NCBI RefSeq assembly: GCF_018350175.1
Contig: NC_058373.1
Span: 13,208,001-13,272,000 of the forward strand
Source: Felis catus
Lineage: Eukaryota
Reading direction: 5' to 3'
DNA: 64,000 bases
Shown: in pieces, positions 24,154 to 36,700 of the stretch
How the letters are laid out: every line of letters starts with the position of its first letter
Numbering within the stretch: the first letter of the stretch is position 1
Position numbers and translations under genes: made by a program
The notes under the pieces: generated by a model
What the model saw: only the letters and a program-made list of their open reading frames with translations
The model's database searches: none
Told to the model about the DNA's origin: nothing

Positions 24154-24841
24154 GTGTATTGTAAAGAAAAGTCGAGGTTAAAAAAAACAGATTTAATAGT
24201 GAGTTTTGCTATTTTTTTTTCCTCTCTGGGTTGTAATTTAATAATCTTCAAACAAAATGTTTATGAAAAATGCCAAAGATTCTAAACCTTATCATCCCGT
24301 GTCTGTTTTTCTTCCTATTATATCTTCCTGGGTTTCTTTCTGGCTGAGCCAGATTTCTGCATGATTTGATTTGCTTCAAGTTAATGAAGCTAGCTGGAAA
24401 AGAGCCTTGCAGAAATTATAAAAGCTCCAGTAAATCTCTTAGTTGTACATACAATAGATATCCAAGAACCTCTTTTGTGAAACCAGTTACTCAATCTTCT
24501 GTGTAAACAATGCCTCATTGTCTCACTCCCGACTATCATGTAGTTTATCATAGTCTGTCATTTTGTAACGACCTAAGTCAGACATTTTTAAACAGACATG
24601 TGAGATCTGATCAGTCACTGGAATGAAAACTTTCCGCAAGCAAAATAACCCCTTATTTATTTTTAAAAGTAGCACTGATACTTTATTGTTGTTCTCCGGC
24701 TATGCAATTTCAAAATGAAATCATTTGTCCAACAAGGAGCCATCATTAGCGACTCTTACTCCCTCTGTCACCCCACAGGAATTCGGAGCGTTAAGTTTAG
24801 GATGCAGACAGCAGCTGGGATTCGGGACCGAATCAACCTTT

Positions 24842-24847
24842 AATAAA
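24842..24847 (+). terminator. candidate polyadenylation signal AATAAA
   Basis: Canonical hexamer after an AU-rich UTR segment. An ATTAAA also lies at 25010. Confidence 0.45.
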
Positions 24848-25478
24848 CTGTCAATGGAAAACAAGTGTTAATTGATTAAGGAGGCTTTGAAGGTTAAAAA
24901 ATGTTAGTTGTAAGGGGAATGTGAAGACTGGTACAAGTAATCAAACTCGGATGAAAGATTCCAGAATGCTTTATATAAAATTTATGGATTGTGGATTCAC
25001 AGTACGATCATTAAAGATAATTTAGTAGGAATGTTGAAGTTTAGCCAAGCTCTCCTGGTTCTCTTCTCAAACCTCACGCTCCTGTTTCCAGCCCTGCCTG
25101 GATGTCTTAAAGGCGTCTATCCCTCGGTGGGTCAGAAACTCCATTATTGCTCCCTTGATGTGTTCAGGACTCCTAATGTCATAGTCTCCTTCTTGTTTCC
25201 TTATTTCCCTTACTGGCACTGGCATCTTCTGGCCTGGGAGACTCTGGGCATCCCATTTGTTGTTACTTATGTTGTTTCCCACACTTCCCAACCCCCGAAT
25301 TTGTAGATCCAGTGTTGGCTGTCGTGTTATCTTGTCCATTTCTGATCACCACCCCCTAAGCCAAGGCCTCCATAACCTCTCACGAGTCACGGCGATTACA
25401 TTATCCCAGATTAAACCTCATTCCGACTGTTCTTTTCACCAGGAGTACTTCCAGGTTTCTGAAGTTCTACCTTCCTTT

Positions 25479-25900
25479 ATGTTTTTTTTAAATGCTTGTT
25501 GGGGCGCCTGGGTGGCTCAGTTGGTTAAGTGGCCGACTTCGGCTCAGGTCGTGATCTCGCGGTCCGTGAGTTCGAGCCCTGCGTCGGGCTCTGTGCTGAC
25601 AGCTCAGAGCCTGGAGCCTGTTTCGGATTCTGTGTCTCCCTCTCTCTGCCCCTCCCCCATTCATGCTCTGTCTCTCTCTGTCTCAAAAATAAACAAACGT
25701 AATAAAAAATAAATAAATGCTTGTTTATTTTGAAAGAGAGACAGAGCATGAGCGGGGAAGAAGGGGGGGTGCGGGGTGGGTAAAGAATCCCAAGCAGGCT
25801 CTATGCTCAGTGAGGAGCCCGACACAAGGCCTGATGTCACAACTGTGAGATTGTGACCTGAATCGTTATCAAGAGTCACCAACTGAGACACCCAGGTGCC
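25479..25900 (-). mobile_element. older Can-SINE (host of a nested insertion)
   Basis: Antisense body 25726-25900 with tail remnant at 25479-25500. Diverged TSD tgaa(g)ttctacc. Confidence 0.88.
25501..25713 (+). mobile_element. Can-SINE nested in the tail of an opposite-strand SINE
   Basis: TSD taaatgcttgtt at 25489-25500 and 25714-25725. Confidence 0.96.
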
Positions 25901-26429
25901 TGAATTCTACCCTTCTTTAAAAGTTTCCTGCCCCAAATAGACTTTCTCTAACATCCTTGTCTGAATTACATTCCACCCTTCTCTCTTGTTCCCTCACATC
26001 TTCTGTATCTTTCTGGCACTTGCCGTATTCTGCTATAGCTCGTAGTTACCAGAGGCTTTTGACCCCAGCTGTCCTCCACTGATGGAGCACCCTGTCTGGC
26101 ACCTAATAGACACTCAGGAAATACATGATTAATTGAGTGAGTCATAGTCGACTTTTCTTCTCTGCCCTTTTCATGTATACAGAGGGCTGATCTGGGTAGA
26201 TTAGCATGGTCGATCAGAGGAAGTAATTTCTTGCATTTAGTGCATAGCTTATATTGTGTGATATTATTTATAAGCTCTGGCCATGTCCACTATAAACATT
26301 TAAATGATGTCTTATATTGGTGAAGTCATTATTACCTATATATCACAGGAAAATATATTTGTGCATGGTAAAAAAAAAACAAAAAACAAAAAAAAAAACA
26401 ACCCAAAAACTTTCTGATTCTTTTTCTTG

Positions 26430-27350
26430 TCATTTATCACTTAATGAACATACACTGAATACTGATGACCTACCTGAACAAAAGAGACTACATTCCCTTG
26501 GTAAAAGCAGACGTGAAACAGATACCTTTCAAAAGGGGCATGATGTTTGTAGATTCAAGTTTGAAAAAGAATATTCTGGCTGCAGTGGGTGGACTAGCAA
26601 TTATGAATGTTCGCGGAAGAGCCAGCGTGAAGTCTTGATAAATTGATGGGCCTTCAAATCGTATCAATGGGAAAAAATACGAGTGAAAATCTGAAATTGT
26701 GAGATGGGTAGGAGAAAAAATGAGCAGAGCTTATCAGTTGCTTGACTATGGGGTGAGGGAAAGAGTAGAACAAAGATGGCCCTCAGTCTGGTCATTGTTG
26801 GGTCTGGGAAGGTGGTATGTGCTAAGAGAGAATTATAGGAGCAGCCATGAAAGGAACAGCATGAACCTGGTTTTAGAAGATGTTGAATTTGAGGTAGCTG
26901 ATGAGGCTTCAGAAGGGGATCTCAAAGAGGTGCCAATATATACGCTTAAGGGTCAGCATTCATAGAAATGATTGAAGTCCCATGCTTTGAGAAATTGACT
27001 CAATACTCAAAAAGCCCTATAAAGATGAGTCCACCTAGACTAAACAGAAATATTAAACAAGAGAAAAAGCAGTAAGCGTACACTGTCATAGAATTCAACT
27101 GGTGGAGTGTATTCCAAGAAAACAGGTGTTTTTTAGACCAAGAAAACAGGTCTATAGTGCTAACTACCACTGAGATCACATCAGTTGAGGACAGAAGAAT
27201 GACCTTTAGTTAACGGCATGGCAACTTGTGGAGACCGTGGTGATGAGTCATTTCAGTTGAATGGTAAAAAAAAAAGAAACCAGATTTGGGTTGAGAAATG
27301 AGTAGCGCTAGGAAAATGGAGGCAGCCTGGCGGTAACCCTTGAAAAATTC
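26430..27350 (-). mobile_element. L2 fragments
   Basis: Antisense L2-like segments (gttgaatttgaggtagctg; gttgaggacagaagaatgacc; catttcagttgaatggt). Confidence 0.55.
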
Positions 27351-27829
27351 CACTAGAAGGAGAACAGGGAGAGAGCACAGCGACTCATAATGAAAGAAGG
27401 GGCATGGAATTATTAAGGAAAAAAAAAATTAGATGTCACGAACTCAGTGTATACCTATTCACAACAAAAAACTCTTCATTAGTACAAGATGGGATGATCT
27501 GTATCATTTGAAACTACTCTTGTCAAAACCCACCTCTCTTTTGTGTAGTATTAGTCTAACTTTTATGGTAGTAAAATGGTTAGGAAATCAAAATAGAGTA
27601 TCTTCTGAAAATGTTACGAGTACCAGTGGATAATTGGATCAATGTTGGCAGGTTCCACTTAAAGAATGGCATAAAGCACATTGCTTCTTTATGGAGGTCT
27701 CTTTGTATAAAGCCTGCTTTTCTGGCATTTTAATGTGGTGATTTACACGGGGAAAATGGATAGTTAGCATTTTATACCATTTATTAATTGCCAGGTACTT
27801 CCTATATGCTTTAGATGTAATAAATCATG

Positions 27830-29650
27830 TAATTAACAACAAAAACAGTGTTATGAAATTCCTTTAAATACTTATGGAAAGAATAATCTCGTGCAAACTC
27901 TCCCAGAAAATAGTAAAAAAAATAAAAAATAAAAAAAGAACACTTTTCTACATATTTTATGAAGCCAATATAATCCTCACTCCAATATCCAGCAAGGTGA
28001 TACAAGGATAGAAAATGACTTACCAAAATCCCTTATGAATATAAATACAAAATTATGAAAGATGTGTAAGCTTCCACGTTGAAAACATGATTGAGAGAAA
28101 GAAGATAAATAAATGTAGGGCTTCGCGCATTAGAAGATTCAGTATATTAAGATGTCAAGAGATTAAATGTAAGCCCAATAAAAATCATAACTTTTGCAGA
28201 AATTAAGCAGCTGATTCTATAATTACATGGAAATGCAACAATCCAAGAATAGTCAGAGCAATCTTGCAGATGATTAACACTGGCAGATAACAAAATGTAT
28301 TATAAAGTTATTGTAACTAGACAATGTGCTATAGGCACAAGTGTAGACAAATAGATTAAAGAAGTAGGAAAGATCAGGACACCCACACATATTTGGTTAA
28401 CCTCTCACCCAAGTTATGTCAAAGGTAACGTATTTTCGGTGTGGGAACCGCCTGCAGCGTAGGGAAAAAACCTTTTTGAAAAATGACACTGGGTCACTTT
28501 AGTATCCACATGGATAAAATAAATATTGACTCCTGCTTTATTCTCACGAAAATCAATCCTGCATGAATTGCAAATCCTAAAAGCGGAAGGCAAAATAGAT
28601 TTCAGACATAGAGATATGAAAACGTTTTCATGTCTACGTGAAAAGCAAAGATGTCTTACATGGAAAACAAAAGGCTAATCATAATGAGAAAATACTGATA
28701 CATTGGAGATCATTAAAATTAACTTTTTCCTCAAGAAGTATGGTTAAGAGAGTAAAAGGATTAAGCCACAGAGTGAAAGGCAATTCATAATCTCTGTATG
28801 TAATCTGGCAAAGAATTCTATCCAGAATACAAAAAGATTTTCCACAATGACAAGGCTGAAAACACAATACAAAAATGGGCAAAAGACTTGAACAGTCACT
28901 TCACCAAAGAGCCTATCCAAATGGCCACTAAACATATAAAAAGGTGCTTGACATCAGTAGTCATCAGGCAAATGCAAATTGGAACCTCTGGAAAATGATA
29001 TTACACATAGCCAAAATGGCTAACATGAAAAGTCAAGTGTTTTTAAGGATACGGAAAAACAAATTCCTATATACTGCTGGTGAGTGAGAACATAAATTGG
29101 TAAAAGCAATTTGGAAAAGAAGTATCTATTAATGTTAACCATATGCATGCCCTATGACCCTTCCCCCAGTGTCACTCTTAAGTATATAACCAACAGAGGT
29201 GTGCATGCATTGGATAAAAGATGGGCCCGAGACTATTTAGAGCAGCACTCCTTGCATAATTCCAAAACCAGAAACAGTATATATTCATCAATATCTGGGA
29301 CAATCAATTGCTTGTGACTCTGCAATGAAATACCATACAGAAATGAAAAACGAATGTTGCATGCAACAACATAGGTACCTTTCACAAATAAGGCTCAACA
29401 AAAGAAACAAGACACAGCACAAATAAGTGAAAGATTTCATTTGTGTAGAGTTCAAAAACAGGAAAATACAATCCATGGTGTTAACACTCAGAAGGCTGGG
29501 GGTGTAGTGGGTAAAAGGAGCCATAAGTGGAATTCATGGGTTCTGCCATTCTGGTCTGGATTCTTGTTACGTGAACCTGTTAACTTTGTGAAATTCGTTG
29601 AGCTGTAAACTTATGACTTGTGTAATTGTCTGCATGTTTACTAAGAGGAA
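27830..29650 (+). mobile_element. old L1 (L1M-type) ORF2 3' end and 3' UTR
   Basis: aaaatgggcaaaagacttgaacagtcacttcaccaaagag...catcaggcaaatgcaaatt, and a typical 3' UTR ending ttgagctgtaaacttatgacttgtg. Confidence 0.85.
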
Positions 29651-29787
29651 AGAAAAATTATGAAGCATGACAATTTTATTCCTCATTTACCATTAAAGAA
29701 ACTGAAGCTGATCATGGTTAGTATTTTCAACATGAAACAAGAGCACCAATCAAAATAAACATTTTAAGTTGTCGGGACTCATTTTAA

Positions 29788-29987
29788 CGTTTATTTATTT
29801 TTGGGACAGAGAGAGACAGAGCATGAACGGGGGAGGGACAGAGAGAGAGGGAGACACAGAATCCGAAACAGGCTCCAGGCTCTGAGCCATCAGCCCAGAG
29901 CCCGACGCGGAGCTCGAACTCACAGACCGTGAGATCGTGACCTGGCTGAAGTCGGACGCTTAACCGACTGCGCCACCCAGGCGCCCC
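29788..29987 (-). mobile_element. Can-SINE, young SINEC_Fc type, almost no A-tail
   Basis: TSD gtcgggactcattttaa at 29771 and 29990. Confidence 0.96.
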
Positions 29988-30269
29988 AAGTCGGGACTCA
30001 TTTTAAACAAACCCAAAGCAGACAGTTCCTCCATAATCTCATTACCCTTAAATATTCAATTACATGTGAACACAAATCCATCATCCTTTTTTAGAGATCT
30101 TCATTATTAGGAATGCAAAAAACGACTTTCTCTAACTGATCATCTCCTGAAGCATTAAACATTGCTTTACATGCACAAATTGGCCCATGAAACTTCAGGA
30201 TCTGAAGTGTTCCAGAAAGCTTTCTCTTTTTACTGGTTATACGTATTTTCATTGAGGCTGGCATCATAA

Positions 30270-30374
30270 GTAGGAAAGTTTTGGAGGAATCAAAAGTTAT
30301 ACCTGGCTTTTCCACTGCATAGGGGGTCAGCACTCCTAACCCCCGCCCCCACATTGTTAAAGGGTGAACTCTAC
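30270..30374. mobile_element. Tigger2-family (TcMar) terminal fragment
   Basis: aagttttggaggaatcaaaagttatac...gggggtcagcactcctaacccccg...ttgttaaagggtgaactcta. Confidence 0.7.
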
Positions 30375-31473
30375 ATACGTACACATACATTCCTAAATCT
30401 CTGTGAAATTTCACGTATTTCCAAGCATTGATCCATAGACTCCAATTAAGAACCAGAGAACCTGTGTTTTCAGGCAAAACCTTCAGAGTTTGCTTCTTGC
30501 TGCCTTTGAAACCTTAGGGTGGAGGATGTGTTTTTCTAGAAGCCCAGTGTCAGCTGTCTGCTCTCCAGAATTCAATTCATTCATTATTCAATCCAGCTTT
30601 GTTTTTTTCTGCTGTTTTTCTGGGAAATGTTTTATTAGGCGAGTCTTCATAGCTGAGAAATCCTGAGATTTCAATTTGCTTTCCATTCCTTTAATTCATT
30701 ACAGTAATACATGCAAGCTTCTCTTCTCCATGTATTTTCATTATTAGATCAAAGCAACTGGTTGGAAAAGCAAAAACACATGAAATCATTTGTTTAACTG
30801 GATAATGAACAGCTGGCATTATGATGTAGCATGCATCTACCAGAACCGTTGTGATCTACGTAGTGGTAAATGCCATGATTGTGTTTTTGCTTTTATCTCA
30901 AAAGCTCTGCACAAGCTGGAGAAGTTATCCAGCAGAGAAAAGCGAACAGGGACAAGTAGAATGTTCCTTGCACAATGAAAGGAAACATTTTCCTCCCCTG
31001 AGGTATGAATCGCCTGTACGCCTCACTGCACGTCGGGCTGAGCCCAGGTAGAAGACCGAGGATTCTGAATGAGAATCTCAACAAGTGGGAGACAGAGTCT
31101 CTGACTCTGTGAAAGGGTCAGACAGCAAGGTCTGGTTGTACAGAGAGCCATCATCCTGGGCAGAACTGAGCTCACAGAGTGAGGGGCCCAGGCATGTGTT
31201 ATCTCCAACTCTGAAAGTTTTACCCTTGATTATGTTTATTGTCAGCCTCAGGTTCAGCAACTTTTGTCCCGGGAAACGTATCACATGACTGATTAGAGAC
31301 AAAGCCTCTTATCAACTAAGAAGAGAATTTCTTCTTTTCAGATTGTCTGTTATTTATCTAGCTAGCTAGCTAGCTATCATCTATCTATCTCATATTCTAT
31401 TTTAAAATTACCTAAAATGTTTGTGCTATATCTCTTTCTCTCTTCTGAATCATTAATAAAGATGCTAAAACAT

Positions 31474-31675
31474 GGGTAACCTGGGTGGCTTAGTTGGTTA
31501 AGCATCCGACTTCAGCTCAGGTCAAGATCTCGAGGTTTGTGTGTTTGAGCCCCATGTCGGGCTCCTCACTGACAGTGTGGAGCCTGCTTGAGATTCTCTC
31601 TCTCCCTCTCTCTCTCTGCCCCTCCTCCACTTGCTCTCTCTCTCTCTCTCTCTCTCTCTCAAAATAAACTAAAAA
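31474..31675 (+). mobile_element. Can-SINE
   Basis: TSD aaagatgctaaaaca at 31458 and 31676. Confidence 0.94.
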
Positions 31676-31888
31676 AAAGATGCTAAAACAGCACATAACC
31701 TTGATTCCTTTGACCCACTGACCAGACACCTCTCTTTAACCAGATCCAATAGCATTGACCTCTATGACCACCTTAAAAAAAATATCAGTAGTTTTCAACC
31801 TATCAGCCTGCATTTTTTCGCCAATTCAACTTAAAATCGGAGCCTTGTGAGATCCTGCTGAATCTTCTACTGCTTATTTTAAATAGCA

Positions 31889-32130
31889 GGGGCGCCTGGG
31901 TGGCGCAGTCGGTTAAGCGTCCGACTTCAGCCAGGTCACAATCTCGCGGTCCGTGAGTTTGAGCCCCGCGTCAGGCTCTGGGCTGATGGCTCAGAGCCTG
32001 GAGCCTGTCTCCGATTCTGTGTCTCCCTCTCTCTCTGCCCCTCCCCCATTCATGCTCTGTCTCTCTCTGTCCCAAAAATAAATAAACGTTGAAAAAAAAA
32101 ATTAAAAAAAAAAGATTAAAAAAAAATAAA
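31889..32130 (+). mobile_element. Can-SINE, young SINEC_Fc type
   Basis: TSD taaatagca. Long A-rich tail. Confidence 0.97.
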
Positions 32131-33089
32131 TAAATAGCAAACAGATCTTCAGATTACTTCTAGATAACCACCCCCTACTCACTATTGTCAGGTTTAACCT
32201 TCATAATTTATGGCAATGTATTTGCTTATAAGACTCTGGACCCAGTTACGACCATACATGTAGCTACCATGTATTGATGGTCATTCATGGTCAAGGCACT
32301 TTAAGATCATAGTTTTAGTCAACTACGAAGATAGTTTGCATAATTCACATGGTATGTCTGGGCTTATGGTTTTGATCTGTGCTCCAATTCTTGATATTTC
32401 CGAACCACTTCAAAAACAGTCATGGTAGGGGCAGTGGGGCGGGGGTGGGGGCTTGGGGAGTAGGGAATACGCTGAAATCTGAGCAATTTTAGAACTATTG
32501 ACTTTTGAATGATGAGGTTTCCTGACATTCTTTTCCCTTGCTTCTTATAAATGGTTACTTGCTCATGCTGTCCATTTCTACTGAGTATTCATATTGGCTG
32601 TTCCTGTGAAAGATTTCCAAATGAATAGTGTCACAGCTATTTAATAATTAATGCCTCCTTTTCTCCTAACCCTTGGTTTTTAGCCTGGATTTCGATTATT
32701 CATAGTCCTGTGGGAGTGTGCACGAATTCAATTCACATGTGGTCCTAAAACTGCCCAGTTAGTGTTAAACTTTAGTAGTTTCAAACTTGTCTCCCAATGC
32801 CTTGATGACCTATAAAATTGCTACCTTATTTGAGCTGTGTTTCACCCACTTTCTCTTTTGTATAGCTGTCCATTCCCTCATTCAGAGGCAACAAAAATCT
32901 TACGTGTCCTAAAATAGACAATTGAAAAAGGGAGAAAATTCAGAGGACTGGTTGACCCCAACTTTGGGCTATACCAAAATAAAAAGCCAGGTTTTTTGTT
33001 TGTTTGTTTGTTTGTTTGTTTGTTTTTGTTTGTTTCAACTGCCTGTCATTAGCATTTGATTGCTGCTAGCTTAGAGTTGGATGAGGTCA

Positions 33090-33270
33090 ATGACCTAGAG
33101 CCAGAAAGATAAGGGTTCAAATCCAAGGTTTGGTCCTAAGGCACCAACTTACTGGCTGTGTTTGGGCAACCCGGTTATCTCCCTGGAGCCCAATTTCCTC
33201 ATCATTACAATAGAAATAATAGCACTCAAATTATGAAGGTTTTGCATAGGAAAATAAATGCTCAGCACAT
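33090..33270 (+). mobile_element. MIR
   Basis: gagccagaaagataagggttcaaatcc...ttgggcaa...caatttcctcatc...aaataatagcac. Confidence 0.6.
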
Positions 33271-33473
33271 AGTGTTCACTTTTATTGAATTAGGAAAAGG
33301 GCACAAGAAAGTGCACAGAAAAGCGCACAAAACATAGGTATGCACCTTCCTAAGTTTTCACAAATTGACTGTTCTCATGAAACTAATACCCAGATCAAGA
33401 AACTTAACATGGCCAGCCTCCCAGAAGCCTCTTTTGTGCCCCTTTCGATTACCACCCCTTAAGGGTACACATA

Positions 33474-33705
33474 AAGTTTCTCAAACTGGGCCCTATTGAC
33501 CGTTGGAGCCAGATAATTCTTTGCCGTGGAGTGATAGGATACTCAGCTCGGTAAGAACATTTAGCAGCATCCCTGATCTGTACCGATTAGAGGCCAGTAG
33601 GATCTCCCCGGGTCTGGCAGGATGTGAGAGTCAAAATGTGTCCAGATATTGCCAAACGCTCAGGGGCGTGTGAGAATTCAAAATCCCCCTAAGTTGAGAA
33701 CCACT
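33474..33705. mobile_element. MER20 (hAT-Charlie MITE)
   Basis: tttctcaaactggg...gccagataattctttg...tttagcagcatccctg...ccagatattgccaaa...gttgagaaccact. Confidence 0.85.
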
Positions 33706-33941
33706 AGGATATACAGTTCTTTTTGCTGTCCCAAGTCTTCTCCACTCCGTGGAGACCCAACCTTACCAGCTGCAGCCAAGAGGAATTTCTGAGTCACTGG
33801 CAGGTAGGTTCATCACCTACCAGTTCTGTAAGGAGGTGGTCCCTGGGTCTGGGGCCTCCGAATGTCTTGCATGTTTTCCCCTTTCTCCACAGCTTTTATC
33901 ACCCCTGGCCAGTGGAAGTTTAAATTGGCTCGGCCACTTTT

Positions 33942-34155
33942 GGGGCACCTGGGTGGCTCAGTTGTTTAAACGTCTGACTTCGGCTCCGGTCACATTCTTG
34001 TGGTTCGTGCGTCAGAGCCGCATGTGGAGCTCTGCTCTGGCAGTGAGGAGCTTGCTTGGGATTCTCTCTCTTACCCTCTCTCTCTGCCCCTCCCTGACTC
34101 CCTTTCTCTCTCTCTCAAAATAAATAAATAAAAGCGTTTAAAAATTTTTAAAAAT
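33942..34155 (+). mobile_element. Can-SINE
   Basis: GGGGCACCTGGGTGGCTCAG head, A-tail followed by (GGAA)n. Confidence 0.93.
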
Positions 34156-34160
34156 AATTT

Positions 34161-34235
34161 GAAGGAAGTTAGGAAGGAAGGAAGGAAGGAAGGAAGGAAG
34201 GAAGGAAGGAAGGAAGAAGGAAAGAGAAAGAAAGA
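34161..34235 (+). repeat. (GGAA)n microsatellite
   Basis: Read directly from the sequence. Confidence 0.92.
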
Positions 34236-34706
34236 AGTTGGTTCAACCACTTTGGAAAACTGATGGCAGTATTTATTAAGCATTTACTAAACTAAGCATA
34301 CGCTTACCCTGACGATTCCCTTTTCAGTATCTATTCAATCACTTACATCTAACCTTTCCCAGAAAGAACTGAAATAACTTGCAACTCACCATGTTGATAT
34401 GTTCATTAGCCTTCCTTCCTATTTTAGTGGAATCTCACAGGTGAAAATAAGATACACTATTTCCATGATATAAGCTATAGCACATTGAGGACCTCAGGAT
34501 TAGTATTAAGTGTTTTGTAACAAATTATTTTATTTATAATTTGAATCAAATTCTGAATAAGTCTACGTATTGTGACTATTCTGATACGTCTATGCCTATT
34601 TTGAAATCTCTTTAAGTTATTCTGTTTCTACTCTGTTCTTTTTTCTTGCAATTTATTAGTTGAAGGAACTGGTGTTTTGTCCTATAGAGCTTCTGACCAT
34701 ATGAAG

Positions 34707-34895
34707 TTTTTTTTTTAATGTTTATTTTTGAGAGGGGGGAGGGGCAAAGAGAGAGGGGGACGGGGCAGACAGAGGATTCAAATCATGCTTGGTGTTGTCG
34801 GTGCAGAGCCCAATGTGAGGCTCCAACCCACATACCGTGAGATCATGACCTGAGCCGAAGTTGAACACTAACCGACTGAGACACCCAGATGCCCC
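34707..34895 (-). mobile_element. Can-SINE
   Basis: Diverged antisense body. Confidence 0.9.
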
Positions 34896-34927
34896 CAAGA
34901 AATATTTTTTAAATAATATACATCATA

Positions 34928-35128
34928 GGGGCGACTGGGTGACTCGGTTAAGCATCCAACTTCAGCTCAGTCCATGATCTCACCATTCATGAGTTTGAGC
35001 CCCACATCGGGCTCTGTGCTGACAGCTCAGGGCCTGGAGCCTGCTTGCGATTCTGTGTCTCCCTCTCTCTCTGCCCCTCCCCCACTCACACTTTGTCTCT
35101 CTCAAAAAGTAAATAAACATTAAAAAAG
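34928..35128 (+). mobile_element. Can-SINE
   Basis: TSD taatataca(t/g)cata. Confidence 0.94.
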
Positions 35129-35159
35129 TAATATACAGCATAAATTCATGCTGATACTT

Positions 35160-36700
35160 CAAACTACAGAGTTTTTACTTAAATTCTTTAATCTTATTTG
35201 TGTGTCTTACCCCAAATGAGGAATCCCAGTTTTCAATAACCTTCCTAATGATATAATTAGAATATTACATAATAAAACATGTCATTTATCCCAGAACACA
35301 GTCACGATAGCCTGAGAATAGCACTACCACTCATAACGTCACAGAACTTTGTTCATTTATTTATGTAGTTCTTCAATTTATTGTTTTTGAGTTACTTAGC
35401 ATAGATTCTCTCTGGCACTGTGCTACCAACTGCCGACACATGTAGGCTCATTTGTTTTAACTTATTTTCATTTTTAGGGATGGCCTTTTTAATATTTAAT
35501 TTTTTAAATAATAGGTAAATAGGTCACTCCCTTCCAAAGTCACATCTACAACACAAAATATAATCAAGTAAGTCTGATTTCTATCGCTGCCTCGTCCGTA
35601 TCATTCTCTCCTCCCATAAGTAATCGTTTGGAACAAATTCTATGGCTTTCTCTGCCATTATGTTTTTTTTTCAGTTTTCTAGCATACACACATACAGACA
35701 CACATATATTTCTCCCCCACCCCCTTAGAGAATAGGTAATCTAAAACATTTCCATGAAAATCGTTTATGGAACACCCAGCTCTGGAGAGTACCCCACCAC
35801 AGTATTAAAAGGTGATCACATTCTGTTTGGCAGCTTGAATGTAACAAGCAATAGATATTTGGGTTTTTTTCCATCTAGTGCTTTGCAAATGACCCTGCCA
35901 CGAACTATTTGGCACGTACACGCGTTTATAGTTTTACCAATGATTCCTTTGGATAGATCTTGAGAAGTTGGATTTATTGGTCAGTATATATGTAATTGTG
36001 GTAAATATTGCTAAATTCTTTACAGCGCTCTTACAATTTGTATCGTCCGGTGGTGTTTGGGATTGCCTGTCTCCTCCAGCCTCGCCAACCTCGTAGGTTG
36101 ACAAACTTCTGGATTTTTCCAATCTGGCAAGTGAGAAATAGGATTTTAGCATAGGTTTGAGTTTCTCTCATTGTGAGAAGTGCTTTTCATATGCTGAACA
36201 TCCATTTTGCATTTCTTTTGCTTTGAGCTGTCTGATTACTTATCTAGCCCATTTTTTTGTGGAGGAATTTTGGCATTTTTTTTCTATCTTTAGAACCTAA
36301 TTATATAGGAATATTAGCTATCTGTGATATAAGTTACAAATATTTTTTCCAAGTTTGTTATTTTTTGAACTGTAAAAGAAACCTTTAATTAAAAGAAGAA
36401 AGTTTTAGTTTATGTATATATATATTTTGGGTTGTCCTATAAAATCACTTAATCTATATTTTTCCATACTGTTCCTGAATTCTGATTAATCATTAATGAA
36501 CTTTTCCTCATTCACAGGCGACAGGAGAACTCACCCTTGTTTTTTACTTGTTTTATTTTTAAATACTTGAGTTTTTTTTTTCCTGTTTGTACCTTGAAAT
36601 CCATTTGATTTTCTTCTGTCATAGAGGCTGCTGTCAAAAAGTCTAATGTCTGTCTGATTTTTCTATTACTTAAAAGCAACTTACTATTCTTCCTTGGAAG
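35160..36700 (-). mobile_element. old L1 3'-end fragments (L1MC/ME-like)
   Basis: Antisense L1 motifs (aaatattgctaaatt, gatttttccaatctggcaagtgagaaata, gctgtcaaaaagtctaatgtc). Confidence 0.6.

Larger units (their letters stand above)
22911..24870 (+). other. MCTP2: MCTP2 3' UTR (minimum likely extent; the true end may lie further downstream)
   Basis: Follows the stop codon and lacks interspersed repeats. GC-rich then AU-rich, with AATAAA at 23677 and 24842 and a Pumilio-type TGTACATA at 24444. Confidence 0.6.
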
